64,000 nt of DNA from Anaeromyxobacteraceae bacterium (lineage in GTDB: Bacteria; Myxococcota; Myxococcia; Myxococcales; Anaeromyxobacteraceae). This document shows, piece after piece, positions 18,404-28,332 of this stretch. A model generated the notes under the pieces. It was given only the letters and a program-made list of their open reading frames with translations, searched no databases and had not been told where the DNA came from. Where the stretch lies: the NCBI GenBank assembly GCA_032654565.1, contig JAULAX010000018.1, positions 352,001-416,000 of the forward strand, written 5' to 3'. Positions within the stretch are counted from its first letter, which is position 1. Each line of letters starts with the position of its first letter. The position numbers and the translations under genes were made by a program.

Positions 18404-18909
18404 GACCGCTCCCTCTTGACCATGCGCCGCGGAGCGGGACGCCCTTGGCGCGACCCTTCGGCCGGGCGGCTCACCTTCCGAGCCTCCCTGGCGAGGAAGG
18501 CGGGATCGCCCCCGCGGATGTCCGCCACCGTCGTCTTCTCGAGGAAGTCGGTGTAGGTTCGCTTCATGTCTCCCCAGGCCGAGTGCGCCGAGCAGGCCAG
18601 CGAGTCACGGCACGGCTTGCCGGGCCGGAGCAGGCAGCCTGGCAGGGCCCGCTGGCCCTCGAACGGCAGCACCACCTCGATCAGCGCGATGCGGTTGGCC
18701 GGCCGTGCCAGGCGGTAGCCGCCCTTGGCGCCGCGGACGGCGGTGAGGAGCCCGCTCCGCGCCATGGTGGCCAGCACCTTGGAGAGGTACTGGCTCGGGA
18801 CGCCGATGCGTCTCGCCAGGTCCCGCCCCAGCACCGGCCTGGACGGAACGCCCCCGGCCAGGCTGGACATGGCGCGCAGGGCGTGGGTGGCCGAGGCCGA
18901 GAAGATCAT
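18400..18909 (-). CDS. Rrf2-family transcriptional regulator with three Cys (probable Fe-S ligands)
   Basis: YLSKVL..GLL.AVRGAKGGYRLARP; C-terminal CLLRPGKPCRDSLAC. Confidence 0.92.
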   Translation of the reverse strand: MIFSASATHALRAMSSLAGGVPSRPVLGRDLARRIGVPSQYLSKVLATMARSGLLTAVRGAKGGYRLARPANRIALIEVVLPFEGQRALPGCLLRPGKPCRDSLACSAHSAWGDMKRTYTDFLEKTTVADIRGGDPAFLAREARKVSRPAEGSRQGRPAPRRMVKRERS

Positions 18910-18927
18910 GCGTCCTCGAGGTCTTCA

Positions 18928-18957
18928 ATCCATACAATGGAGGTTGATATCCATAAT
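18928..18957. promoter_or_regulatory. Candidate operator upstream of rrf2: ATCCATA direct repeats, TCCAT/ATGGA inverted repeats and an FNR-like TTGAT-N4-ATAAT
   Basis: AT-rich patch ATCCATACAATGGAGGTTGATATCCATAAT about 20-50 bp upstream of the rrf2 start. Confidence 0.45.
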
Positions 18958-19128
18958 GCGACGTGCGTACTCTTCCCTAGGCGAGTGTCGGCTGTCAAGG
19001 CCTTCCAGGGCCGGGTCCCCCGATGGGAACCCGGGGCTCCCCCTGGGCCGGAAGGGCCGTCCAGCGCTCGTGGGCGTCCCGCTCCCCGTCGGGTGGGCGT
19101 CCAACTCACCGCCTCGAGGAGGAACCAC

Positions 19129-19611
19129 ATGCCCCGTATCCTGCGTCACATGGCCTTCATCCTGCTGGTCGGGCTCGGCCTGGCCGAGCCGGCCCGCGCC
19201 GCCCCCCTCAAGGACATCGTCGACACCGCGGTGGCCGCCGGGAGCTTCAAGTCCCTGGTGGCCGCGGTCCAGGCCGCCGACCTGGTCGCGACCCTCAAGG
19301 GGCCGGGGCCCTACACCGTGTTCGCCCCGACCGACGAGGCCTTCGCCAAGATCCCCAAGGCCGACCTCGAGGCGCTGCTCAAGGACAAGGCCAGGCTGAA
19401 GGCGGTGCTGACCAACCACGTGCTGCCCATGAAGGCCGACGCCTCCGACCTGGCCGGGCTCAAGACCATCAGCTCGGCCCAGGGCAGCAAGCTGACCTTC
19501 GAGTCGTCCAAGGCCGGTCTCAAGGTCAACGGCGCCAAGGTCGTCAAGGCGGACGTGGAGACCAGCAACGGCTTCATCCACGTCGTCGACACCGTGCTCC
19601 TGCCGAAGTAG
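19129..19611 (+). CDS. Secreted fasciclin (FAS1) domain protein
   Basis: AGGAGG RBS; signal peptide; TVFAPTDEAF and NGFIHVVDTVLLP motifs. Confidence 0.93.
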   Translation: MPRILRHMAFILLVGLGLAEPARAAPLKDIVDTAVAAGSFKSLVAAVQAADLVATLKGPGPYTVFAPTDEAFAKIPKADLEALLKDKARLKAVLTNHVLPMKADASDLAGLKTISSAQGSKLTFESSKAGLKVNGAKVVKADVETSNGFIHVVDTVLLPK

Positions 19612-19652
19612 AAGGGAGAAAGGGGGGGGGCCTGCACGTCGAGGCATCGAGG

Positions 19653-20351
19653 GTGACCTTCCCTTCCTACCGCGTCGCCTCGGTCGAGGACCTCCTGGCG
19701 CGCTGTTCGCCACCGGTCAGGCGGCTGATCGAGGCGGCCCGCCGGCGAGTCCTCGCCGCGGTGCCGGGTGCCACCGAGCGGCTCCGGGCCGGCTGGGGGA
19801 TCATCGGCTACGACGCGCCGGCCTACTTCGCTTACCTGGCCCCGATGAAGGATCACGTCCGCATCGGCTTCGAGCGCGGCGCCGTGCTCGAGGACCCTGG
19901 TGGCCTGCTCCAGGGAACCGGCACGCAGGTCCGCCACGTGGAGGTCCGCTCGGCCACGGAGCTCCGGGGGCCGGCGCTGGCGGCGCTGCTTCGACAGGCG
20001 GCCGGGCTGCGGGGTCCGGGCGCGGGCCGCCCCAGGGACCGAGCCGCCCGCCGCGCCAGCGAGGACCGGGCGCTCCTCGACCTCGACGGCATCGGGCCGG
20101 CCATGCTGGCCGACCTCGAGCGGCTCGGGGTGCACGACGTCGCCGCCCTGTCCCGGCAGGATCCCCAGGAGCTCTACGCCCGCCTCGGCCGGCTCACCGG
20201 CGTCCGGCAGGATCCCTGCGTGCTCGACACCTTCTGCTGCGCGGTGGCCCAGGCCCGCGACCCCGACCTGCCGCCGGCGCAGCGGCGCTGGTGGTGGTGG
20301 TCCCGGCTGCGGCTAGGGCAGGGCGCGCCACCCCGGCGGCGGCCTGGCTAG
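19653..20351 (+). CDS. Fusion of a DUF1801 (YdhG-like) domain and a Cdd1/McrB-like helix-hairpin-helix domain
   Basis: HVRIGFERGA.LEDP.GLL.GTG..VRHV, then GIGPAML.DL..LG..QDPCVLD..WWWS; start codon uncertain. Confidence 0.65.
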   Translation: MTFPSYRVASVEDLLARCSPPVRRLIEAARRRVLAAVPGATERLRAGWGIIGYDAPAYFAYLAPMKDHVRIGFERGAVLEDPGGLLQGTGTQVRHVEVRSATELRGPALAALLRQAAGLRGPGAGRPRDRAARRASEDRALLDLDGIGPAMLADLERLGVHDVAALSRQDPQELYARLGRLTGVRQDPCVLDTFCCAVAQARDPDLPPAQRRWWWWSRLRLGQGAPPRRRPG

Positions 20352-22009
20352 ACGTACTCGCGGTACCTCGGCGTCCACATCGTCGCCTTCACCAGCGCCA
20401 GCAGGTCGGGCGGCCTCGGCACCTGGGCCAGCCCGGCGGTGAAGGCCACCTCGGCCACCGCCACGGCAATGTGGGCCGAGACCTCGCGGATGCGGGTGAG
20501 CGCCGGGTAGATGCGCCCCATCTCCAGGTCGGCGGGAAGCACCAGCGAGGCCAGGGTGCGGGCCGCGGCGGCGAACATCTGGTCGGTGACGTGGCGGGCC
20601 CGGCAGGCCACCACGCCCAGCCCGACGCCGGGGAAGATGTAGGAGTTGTTCCCCTGGCCGGAGACGAAGGTGGTGCCGTTGATCACGCAGGGCGGGAAGG
20701 GGCTGCCGCTGGCGTAGATGGCCTTCCCGTTCGACCAGCCGTAGGCCTCCTCGGCGGTGCACTCCGCCTTGGAGGTGGGGTTGGAGAGGGCGAAGATGAT
20801 GGGCCGGGCGTTGAGCCGGCTCATGGCCTCGACGACGGGCTTGCTGAAGGCGCGGGCGATGGTGGAGACGCCGATCAGCGCGGTGGGCCGGAGCGCCTCG
20901 ACGGCCGCGAGCAGGTCGGGGGCCGGCGGGGCGTCGTGGGCGAAGCGGAGCTTGTGCTCGGCCAGCCCCTCGCGACTCTTCACCACCAGGCCGTGCGAGT
21001 CGACGAACCAGCAGCGACGCCGCGCCTCCTCCACGGTGGCCCCCTCGTCCACCATGGCCGAGACCGCCAGGTCCCCGATGCCGACGCCGGCCTCGCCGGC
21101 GCCGAGGAAGAGGATGGTCTGGTCGCGCAGCTTCTTGCCGGTGAGCCGCAGCGCCGAGTAGACCCCGGCCAGGGTCACCGCCGCCGTCCCCTGCATGTCG
21201 TCGTTGAAGGTGCAGACCTTGTCGCGCCACTGCGCCAGCAGCCGGAAGGCGTTGATGTTGGCGAAGTCCTCGAACTGGATGAGGGCCCCGGGGAAGACCT
21301 CCTCCACCGCGGTGATGAACTCCGCCACCAGGGCGTCGTACTCCGGGCCGCGGATCCGCCGCTGGCGCAGCCCCAGGTAGAGCGGGTCGGCCAGGTAGCC
21401 CTCGTTCTCGGTCCCCACGTCGATCATCACCGGGAGGGTCTTCGCCGGATCGATGCCGGCGCAGGCCGTGTAGAGGGAGAGCTTGCCGACCGGGATCCCC
21501 ATCCCGCCCACGCCCTGATCGCCGAGCCCGAGGATCCGCTCACCGTCGGTCACCACGATGACCCGCACGTCGGAGACCGGCCAGTTGCGAAGCAGCGTTG
21601 CCACCGAGCCGCGGTCGTTCCAGGAGACGTAGAGGCCGCGCGGCCGGCGGAAGAGGTGGCCCCACTGCTGGCAGGCCTGCCCGACCGTGGGCGTGTAGAT
21701 GATGGGCATCATCTCCTCGATGTGCTCGCCCACCAGCCGGTAGAAGAGGGTCTCGTTCCGGTCCTGCAAGCTGACCAGGTAGATGTAGCGCTCCAGGTCG
21801 GTGAGCTTGGTGCGGTAGGCGTCCATGACCCGGCTCGTCTGCTCCTCCAGGGTGTGGACGTGCGGGGGGAGCAGGCCGCGCAGGCCGAGGGCGGCCCGCT
21901 CGGCGTCGCTGAAGGCCGTTCCCTTGTTGAGCAGCGGGTCGTGGAGCAGCGCCTGCCCGTGAGGAAGCTTCGTCGCCGGCACCTGCGGTCGCGTCATGGT
22001 CTTCAGCAT
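20348..22009 (-). CDS. maeA: NAD-dependent malic enzyme (MaeA/SfcA type)
   Basis: LNKGTAF, LQDRNETLFY, VTDGERILGLGD, FEDF, FNDDMQGT and ALSNPTSKAEC motifs. Confidence 0.93.
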   Translation of the reverse strand: MLKTMTRPQVPATKLPHGQALLHDPLLNKGTAFSDAERAALGLRGLLPPHVHTLEEQTSRVMDAYRTKLTDLERYIYLVSLQDRNETLFYRLVGEHIEEMMPIIYTPTVGQACQQWGHLFRRPRGLYVSWNDRGSVATLLRNWPVSDVRVIVVTDGERILGLGDQGVGGMGIPVGKLSLYTACAGIDPAKTLPVMIDVGTENEGYLADPLYLGLRQRRIRGPEYDALVAEFITAVEEVFPGALIQFEDFANINAFRLLAQWRDKVCTFNDDMQGTAAVTLAGVYSALRLTGKKLRDQTILFLGAGEAGVGIGDLAVSAMVDEGATVEEARRRCWFVDSHGLVVKSREGLAEHKLRFAHDAPPAPDLLAAVEALRPTALIGVSTIARAFSKPVVEAMSRLNARPIIFALSNPTSKAECTAEEAYGWSNGKAIYASGSPFPPCVINGTTFVSGQGNNSYIFPGVGLGVVACRARHVTDQMFAAAARTLASLVLPADLEMGRIYPALTRIREVSAHIAVAVAEVAFTAGLAQVPRPPDLLALVKATMWTPRYREYV

Positions 22010-22160
22010 GGTCTCTCCCCTTGGCCCCTGGCCTTCTGGAACGGCGCCATTATCGGCCCGCGACGCGGCGCGGCGAGGACTTGAAGGCCCGGCGAGTTGG
22101 GTGCGGCAGAAGGTCATCCAGGCGAGCAAGGAGGGCGGGGGCGGGCGGTGGCGAGGGGGG

Positions 22161-22358
22161 GGCGAGAGGCGCTTGATGAAGTCGGCTCGGTGAGGTCGGC
22201 GGGCGAGAGGCGCCATGAGGGGAGAAGTGGTGCGGGCGGTGCCGACCATCGGGCGGGAGGTGCCTGGTGGAGTCGGCTCGGTTCCGATTGTCGAGCGAGA
22301 GGCGCCATGAGGGGGAAACTGGTGCCGGCGGTGCCGCGGGGATCGCGGGCGGTGCCGA
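22161..22358. repeat. Degenerate intergenic tandem duplication with ~92-bp period
   Basis: AGTCGGCTCGG at 22180 and 22271; identical 20-mer GCGAGAGGCGCCATGAGGGG at 22203 and 22295; partial third copy at 22162. Confidence 0.8.
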
Positions 22359-22400
22359 ACCATCAGTCAATCTCCGGCCGCTCCCTCTCTGTCCCGAACG

Positions 22401-22447
22401 TGGTCCCCCTTTCGCAACTTCTGACGTCGGGAATCGCCAATGGGGGA
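22401..22447. repeat. Degenerate copy of a 47-bp dispersed palindromic (REP-like) element
   Basis: 34/47 ungapped identity by hand to 63057-63103. Confidence 0.6.
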
Positions 22448-22685
22448 ATACTTTCAGGGGTGGATCGCCTTCGTCCCTGGCCGAAACGACTCTCACTACG
22501 CGTCCGCCCGTCGGAGCGAGCCAGCCTCGCGCGCAGCACCACTCCCCAGGCGCGGCACCGCTCGTCATCGCTGAGGCTACAGCCGGGGGCTGCGGCCGCG
22601 CATGGCGCTCCAGACCGCGAGGATGCGGATGCGGTCGGGACGGACCGCCGTCCACCAGGTTGCCGCCGGCCCGCCACGGCGCGCT

Positions 22686-23090
22686 TCAGTCCCGTCGCCC
22701 GCCCTCGATGACCGCGAAGCGCGGCCGGGGGCGCGGCGGGGCGGCGAGGATGCCGGCCATGACCGCCTCCCAGGGGAAGGCGCAGTCGCGGCGGCGGCCG
22801 CGGAAGGTGAGGGCCACCCGGACGCCCCAGTCGTCGAGCATCACCTCGGGGCAGTCGCGCCCCACCACCAGGTTGAGCCGGACCACCGGCTCCTCGGCGA
22901 GGTAGTCGGGCAGCTCGGCGCCGGGGGTCTCGGGGGCCACGATCAGGCACTCGAGGTGGGCGGCGGCGCGGCAGGCGGCCAGCATGTCGGCGTAGCGGCG
23001 CTGCACCGCGAAGAGCTCGATGGCCCCCTCGGCCCAGCCCGGGCAGGCCGGGGTGCAGGCTCCCTCGGGCGGGTGGTCGTGGGCGCTCAT
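22686..23090 (-). CDS. SspB-like ClpXP adaptor (stringent starvation protein B family)
   Basis: VRLNL...DDWGVRVALTFRG...FPWEAV; C-terminal PRFAVIEGG tail; close to clpPX. Confidence 0.65.
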   Translation of the reverse strand: MSAHDHPPEGACTPACPGWAEGAIELFAVQRRYADMLAACRAAAHLECLIVAPETPGAELPDYLAEEPVVRLNLVVGRDCPEVMLDDWGVRVALTFRGRRRDCAFPWEAVMAGILAAPPRPRPRFAVIEGGRRD

Positions 23091-23166
23091 CCGGGCCTCC
23101 CATCTACCACCCCCGGGCGGGCCTCGTCAGGTCCGGTCGTGTGGTACACCACCGGCGCCCCCACTC

Positions 23167-23248
23167 GGGCGGGTGGCGGAACTGGCAGACGCGCGGGACT
23201 TAGGATCCCGTGCCGAAAGGCGTGAGGGTTCGATTCCCTCCCCGCCCA
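23167..23248 (+). tRNA. tRNA-Leu (anticodon TAG), long variable arm, CCA not encoded
   Basis: Acceptor stem GGGCGGG/CCCGCCC; anticodon arm CGGGA-CTTAGGA-TCCCG; T-arm GAGGG-TTCGATT-CCCTC. Confidence 0.97.
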
Positions 23249-23255
23249 TTTGGCC

Positions 23256-23284
23256 TTGACCCGGCCGCGCGCGCCGCGTACGAC
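23256..23284 (+). promoter_or_regulatory. Possible sigma70 promoter for tig
   Basis: TTGACC-17 bp-TACGAC; the -10 match is weak. Confidence 0.3.
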
Positions 23285-23311
23285 CCGCTTTCACGTTTCC
23301 GAAGGAACATC

Positions 23312-24604
23312 ATGAAGATCAACGTCGAGACCCTCTCCCCCGTCGAGCGCAAGCTCACCGTCGAAGTCCCGCCCGAGCGCGTCGCCAAGGAGCTCGACAA
23401 GGCCTACCAGGGCGTGGGGCGCCGCGCCAAGCTGCCCGGCTTCCGGTCGGGGCACATCCCCCGCGCCGTGCTGGAGCGGAACTTCAAGGTCGAGGTGGAG
23501 CGCGACGTGGCCGAGCGGCTGGTCAACCTCACCTTCGTCGAGGCGGCGCAGCAGCAGGGGATCGAGCCGGTGGCCACCCCCAACGTCTCGCTGGAGGGGC
23601 CGCTGGTCCCCGGCGCCATGTTCAAGTACTCGGCCAAGGTCGAGGTCCGGCCGGCCATCGCGCCCCGCGACTACCGCGGCCTGGCCGTGACCCGGACCGC
23701 GCCGGTGGTGGACGACGCCGCGGTGGCGGCCGAGCTGGAGAAGCTGCGGGACCGCTTCGGCTCGCTGCAGCCGCTCGAGGGGCGCGACCTGGCCGCCGAG
23801 GGCGACTGGGCGGTGATCGACCACGAGGGGACCATCGACGGCAAGCCCTTCGAGGGCGGCGCCGCGCAGGGGGTCAACGTCAAGGCGGCGCAGGGGAAGA
23901 TCGAGGAGGGGAACATCCCCCAGCTGGTGGGCAAGAAGGTGGGCGAGACCGTCGAGTTCGACGAGCCCTTCGCCGCCGACCACCGCAACGAGCAGCTCCG
24001 CGGCAAGACCACCCACATGAAGGTGACGCTGCGCGGCCTGCAGGTGCGGCAGCTCCCGGCGCTCGACGACGACTTCGCCCGGCAGGTGGGGGTGGAAGGG
24101 CTGGAGACGCTGGAGGCGCTCAAGGGGCGCATCCGCGCCGACCTGGAGAAGCGGGAGAAGCGGAAGGCCGACGGCGACTTCAAGGACGCGCTCATCAAGG
24201 CGGCCCTGGCCCGCAACGACTTCGAGGTGCCGCCCTCGATGGTGGAGCGGACCATCGACAACATGCTGGAGGGGACCGTGGAGCGGTTCGCCCGCATGGG
24301 GCTCGACGTCGCCCAGCTCGACCTCGACGTGGCCCGGCTGCGCGGCGACCTGCGCGAGCAGGCGCTGCTCCAGGTGCGCGGCAGCCTGCTGCTGGAGGCG
24401 GTGGCGGCGGCGGAGAAGCTGGTGGTCGAGGCCGACGACGTCCAGGCCGAGCTGGCCCGCCTCGCCGACGAGGCCGGGGTGCCGCTGGCCAAGGTGCAGC
24501 AGCAGATGCGCAGCGCCGAGGCCCGGGCTGCGCTACATAGCAGGGTGCGGGAGGAGAAGGCCCTCTCGCTGCTCGCCGAGTCGGCGAGCGTCACGGCCGG
24601 TTAG
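23312..24604 (+). CDS. tig: Trigger factor
   Basis: [19 protein letters not shown] and FKBP-like domain; AAGGA RBS. Confidence 0.96.
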   Translation: MKINVETLSPVERKLTVEVPPERVAKELDKAYQGVGRRAKLPGFRSGHIPRAVLERNFKVEVERDVAERLVNLTFVEAAQQQGIEPVATPNVSLEGPLVPGAMFKYSAKVEVRPAIAPRDYRGLAVTRTAPVVDDAAVAAELEKLRDRFGSLQPLEGRDLAAEGDWAVIDHEGTIDGKPFEGGAAQGVNVKAAQGKIEEGNIPQLVGKKVGETVEFDEPFAADHRNEQLRGKTTHMKVTLRGLQVRQLPALDDDFARQVGVEGLETLEALKGRIRADLEKREKRKADGDFKDALIKAALARNDFEVPPSMVERTIDNMLEGTVERFARMGLDVAQLDLDVARLRGDLREQALLQVRGSLLLEAVAAAEKLVVEADDVQAELARLADEAGVPLAKVQQQMRSAEARAALHSRVREEKALSLLAESASVTAG

Positions 24605-24626
24605 GCCACAGGGGAGCCAGCGCCAC

Positions 24627-25235
24627 ATGCCTTACATCCCGATGCCGTTCGTCGTCGAGCAGACCCACCGCGGCGAGCGCAGCTACGACATCTACAGCCG
24701 GCTGCTCAAGGACCGGATCGTCTTCCTCGGCACCCCGGTGGACGACGACGTGGCCAACGTCATCATCGCCCAGTTCCTCTTCCTCGAGTCGGAGGACCCG
24801 GACAAGGACATCAGCCTCTACATCAACAGCCCGGGCGGCTCGGTCTCCTCCGGCCTGGCCATCTACGACACCATGCAGTACGTCAAGCCGCAGGTCTCGA
24901 CCATCTGCCTCGGGCTGGCCGCCTCCATGGGCGCCTTCCTGCTGGCCGGCGGCGCCAAGGGGAAGCGGTTCGCGCTCCCCAACGCCCGGGTGATGATCCA
25001 CCAGCCCTCCGGCGGGGCCGGCGGGCAGGCCTCCGACATCGAGATCCAGGCCAAGGAGATCATCAAGACCAAGAAGCGGCTCAACGAGCTGCTGGCCGGG
25101 AACACCGGGCAGACCTTCGAGAAGATCGAGCGGGACGCCGAGCGCGACTACTGGATGAGCGGCGCCGAGGCCAAGACCTACGGCCTCATCGACGAGGTCA
25201 TCGCCTCGAAGAAGGCGCTGGAGAAGAAGCCGTAG
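24627..25235 (+). CDS. clpP: ATP-dependent Clp protease proteolytic subunit
   Basis: [27 protein letters not shown] and MIHQP motifs. Confidence 0.98.
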   Translation: MPYIPMPFVVEQTHRGERSYDIYSRLLKDRIVFLGTPVDDDVANVIIAQFLFLESEDPDKDISLYINSPGGSVSSGLAIYDTMQYVKPQVSTICLGLAASMGAFLLAGGAKGKRFALPNARVMIHQPSGGAGGQASDIEIQAKEIIKTKKRLNELLAGNTGQTFEKIERDAERDYWMSGAEAKTYGLIDEVIASKKALEKKP

Positions 25236-25276
25236 TAGATTCGCGTGGTCCGGGGGGAAGCCCGGGGGAGGCCGGC

Positions 25277-26518
<1,242 letters not shown>

Positions 26519-26556
26519 GCAAGGCACCTGCCTCGCCGGAGTCCGGCGGGCGCTTG

Positions 26557-28332
26557 GTGCGCCAGAGCGTGCTGACCTTTGCAGCCCTGAACGCGGTCGC
26601 TGCCGTGGTCCATGGCCTGGGCCACCTCGCCATCCCGGGGCCCAGCCTCGGCGCCGCTGGACGCGCCTATCTCGCTCTGGCCCTCGCATCGCAGTCGGTG
26701 CTCCTCGCCGTGGCCGTCACGCTTCCAGCGCTCGGGCTGGCCTGGATGCGGCCGCTCCGTGGCCTGGCGGCCCCGGTCGCCGTGGTCGCCGGTGCCGCGC
26801 TTCACGCCTTCCTCTGGGCCGACCGAATTGTCTTCGCCATCCTCGGCACCCACGTGAACGGTGCGCTCCTGGCCGTGGCCTTCGCCCCCGGCGGCGTGGC
26901 CTCGCTCGAGATGCAGTGGGGTGAGCGAATCAGGATCGTCTCGGTCTTGCTGGCGCTCCTCGTCATCTCTACCCTGGCCTTCGCGGCCTCGGCGTGGTGG
27001 GCTCGCCGGGCGCAGCGAGGACCTGCGCTGGCGCCGCGGGCTCTCGCGGCGGCTGCGGTAGGCCTCTTCACCTGTGAGCGGGTCGTCTACACGGCCGGCG
27101 TCGCAGGGGGGTGGCGCGAGCCGGTGCGCGCCGCGGCGGCGCTTCCGCTCCACGACCTGGAGCAGGCGCTCCACGTCCGGCTTGCGCCTGAGCGCCTCCA
27201 CTATCCGCGCGCGCCACTCCGGTTCCAGCCGGTGGAAGCACCCCCCAACGTGCTCTGGATCGTGGTCGAGAGCTGGCGTAGCGACGCCCTCTCGCCCGGA
27301 ACCATGCCGGTGGTCTGGCGGTGGTCTCGCAATGCAACGCGCTTCCTCGATCACCGCAGCGGCGGAAATTGGACCAGCGCCGGCGTGTTCAGCATGTTCT
27401 ACGGACTCCACGCTGCGTACACCCAGGAGGTGGAGGAGGCCAGGCGTGGCCCTGTGGTGTTTGACCGGGTCCGGGAGCTCGGCTACGACATCCGCGTGGT
27501 GGCCTCCCGCGGCACCCGCTTTCCGCGCTTCGCTGCCACCGTCTTCGCTGGGCTACCGCCTGGCGCGGTCGAGGACGATCTCCCCGGCGAAGACTCCGCC
27601 ATGAAGGATCGAGCGCTCCTCGGCCGCGCCGTCTCATTCCTCGAGCGCCACGACCCGGCGCGCCCGTTCTTCCTCGCGCTGTTTCTCGACGCCACCCACC
27701 TCCCCTACGCCTTCGCCCCGGAGGCGGTGCGCTTCCGGCCCTTCACCGAGCGGCTCCACTACACCGAAATGACGGCACCCATGCCGCGCGAACCCATCTA
27801 CAACCGCTACCTGAATGCCGTCTCCGACGTCGACATCACCGTCGGGGGGATCCTCGAGGCGCTCGCCGCAAGCGGCGTCGAGGACCGGACCGTCGTCATT
27901 CTCACCGGCGACCACGGCCAGGAGTTCTACGAATACGGCGCGCTCGGCCACAACATCGCCCTCAACAGGCCGCAGACGGCCGTCCCGCTCCTCATGAAGA
28001 CCCCGGGGGTTCCGCCGGGCGACGTCCACGGACGGACCCGTCATGTGGACATCGTGCCGACGTTGATGGAGCGACTAGGGATCCTGAATCCGCCGTCCGA
28101 CTACACCCTGGGTCGTGCCCTGTCCGGTGCGACCGGCGCTAGCCACACCGTGATGTGCGGTTGGATCGACTGCGCCGTGCTCGATCCGGACGGCTTCACC
28201 ACCGTCTTTCGACCGCGGGAGCCGCACCGCCCGCCCAGGGTCTACGACCCGGACTGGAAGGAGGCGCCGGCCCGTGGCGCCTCGCCCGACCTTCCCAAGG
28301 TGCGGCGGGAGCTCAGGGTCTTCCTCGAATGA
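26557..28332 (+). CDS. Membrane sulfatase-like protein of the YejM/PbgA (DUF3413) or LTA-synthase superfamily
   Basis: About 5 N-terminal TM helices; [28 protein letters not shown] and TGDHGQEF motifs; start uncertain. Confidence 0.75.
   Translation: MRQSVLTFAALNAVAAVVHGLGHLAIPGPSLGAAGRAYLALALASQSVLLAVAVTLPALGLAWMRPLRGLAAPVAVVAGAALHAFLWADRIVFAILGTHVNGALLAVAFAPGGVASLEMQWGERIRIVSVLLALLVISTLAFAASAWWARRAQRGPALAPRALAAAAVGLFTCERVVYTAGVAGGWREPVRAAAALPLHDLEQALHVRLAPERLHYPRAPLRFQPVEAPPNVLWIVVESWRSDALSPGTMPVVWRWSRNATRFLDHRSGGNWTSAGVFSMFYGLHAAYTQEVEEARRGPVVFDRVRELGYDIRVVASRGTRFPRFAATVFAGLPPGAVEDDLPGEDSAMKDRALLGRAVSFLERHDPARPFFLALFLDATHLPYAFAPEAVRFRPFTERLHYTEMTAPMPREPIYNRYLNAVSDVDITVGGILEALAASGVEDRTVVILTGDHGQEFYEYGALGHNIALNRPQTAVPLLMKTPGVPPGDVHGRTRHVDIVPTLMERLGILNPPSDYTLGRALSGATGASHTVMCGWIDCAVLDPDGFTTVFRPREPHRPPRVYDPDWKEAPARGASPDLPKVRRELRVFLE

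Noticed and set aside
18975..18998. Sigma70 promoter for the nos operon (TTGACA on the minus strand at 18993-18998)
   Set aside because: No credible -10 hexamer at 16-18 bp spacing
19622..19630. G9 tract as a phase-variation switch
   Set aside because: Intergenic; similar G-runs occur elsewhere in this GC-rich window; no evidence of length variation
22161..22358. Possible CRISPR array
   Set aside because: Only 2-3 degenerate copies, the intervening sequences resemble each other, and no cas genes are in the window
22421..22490. Hammerhead ribozyme (CTGA...GAAA)
   Set aside because: The core reads CTGACGT rather than CTGANGA, and the required stems could not be built
23167..23311. tRNA-Leu as an integration site
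   Set aside because: tig follows directly; I saw no integrase and no duplicated tRNA 3' end
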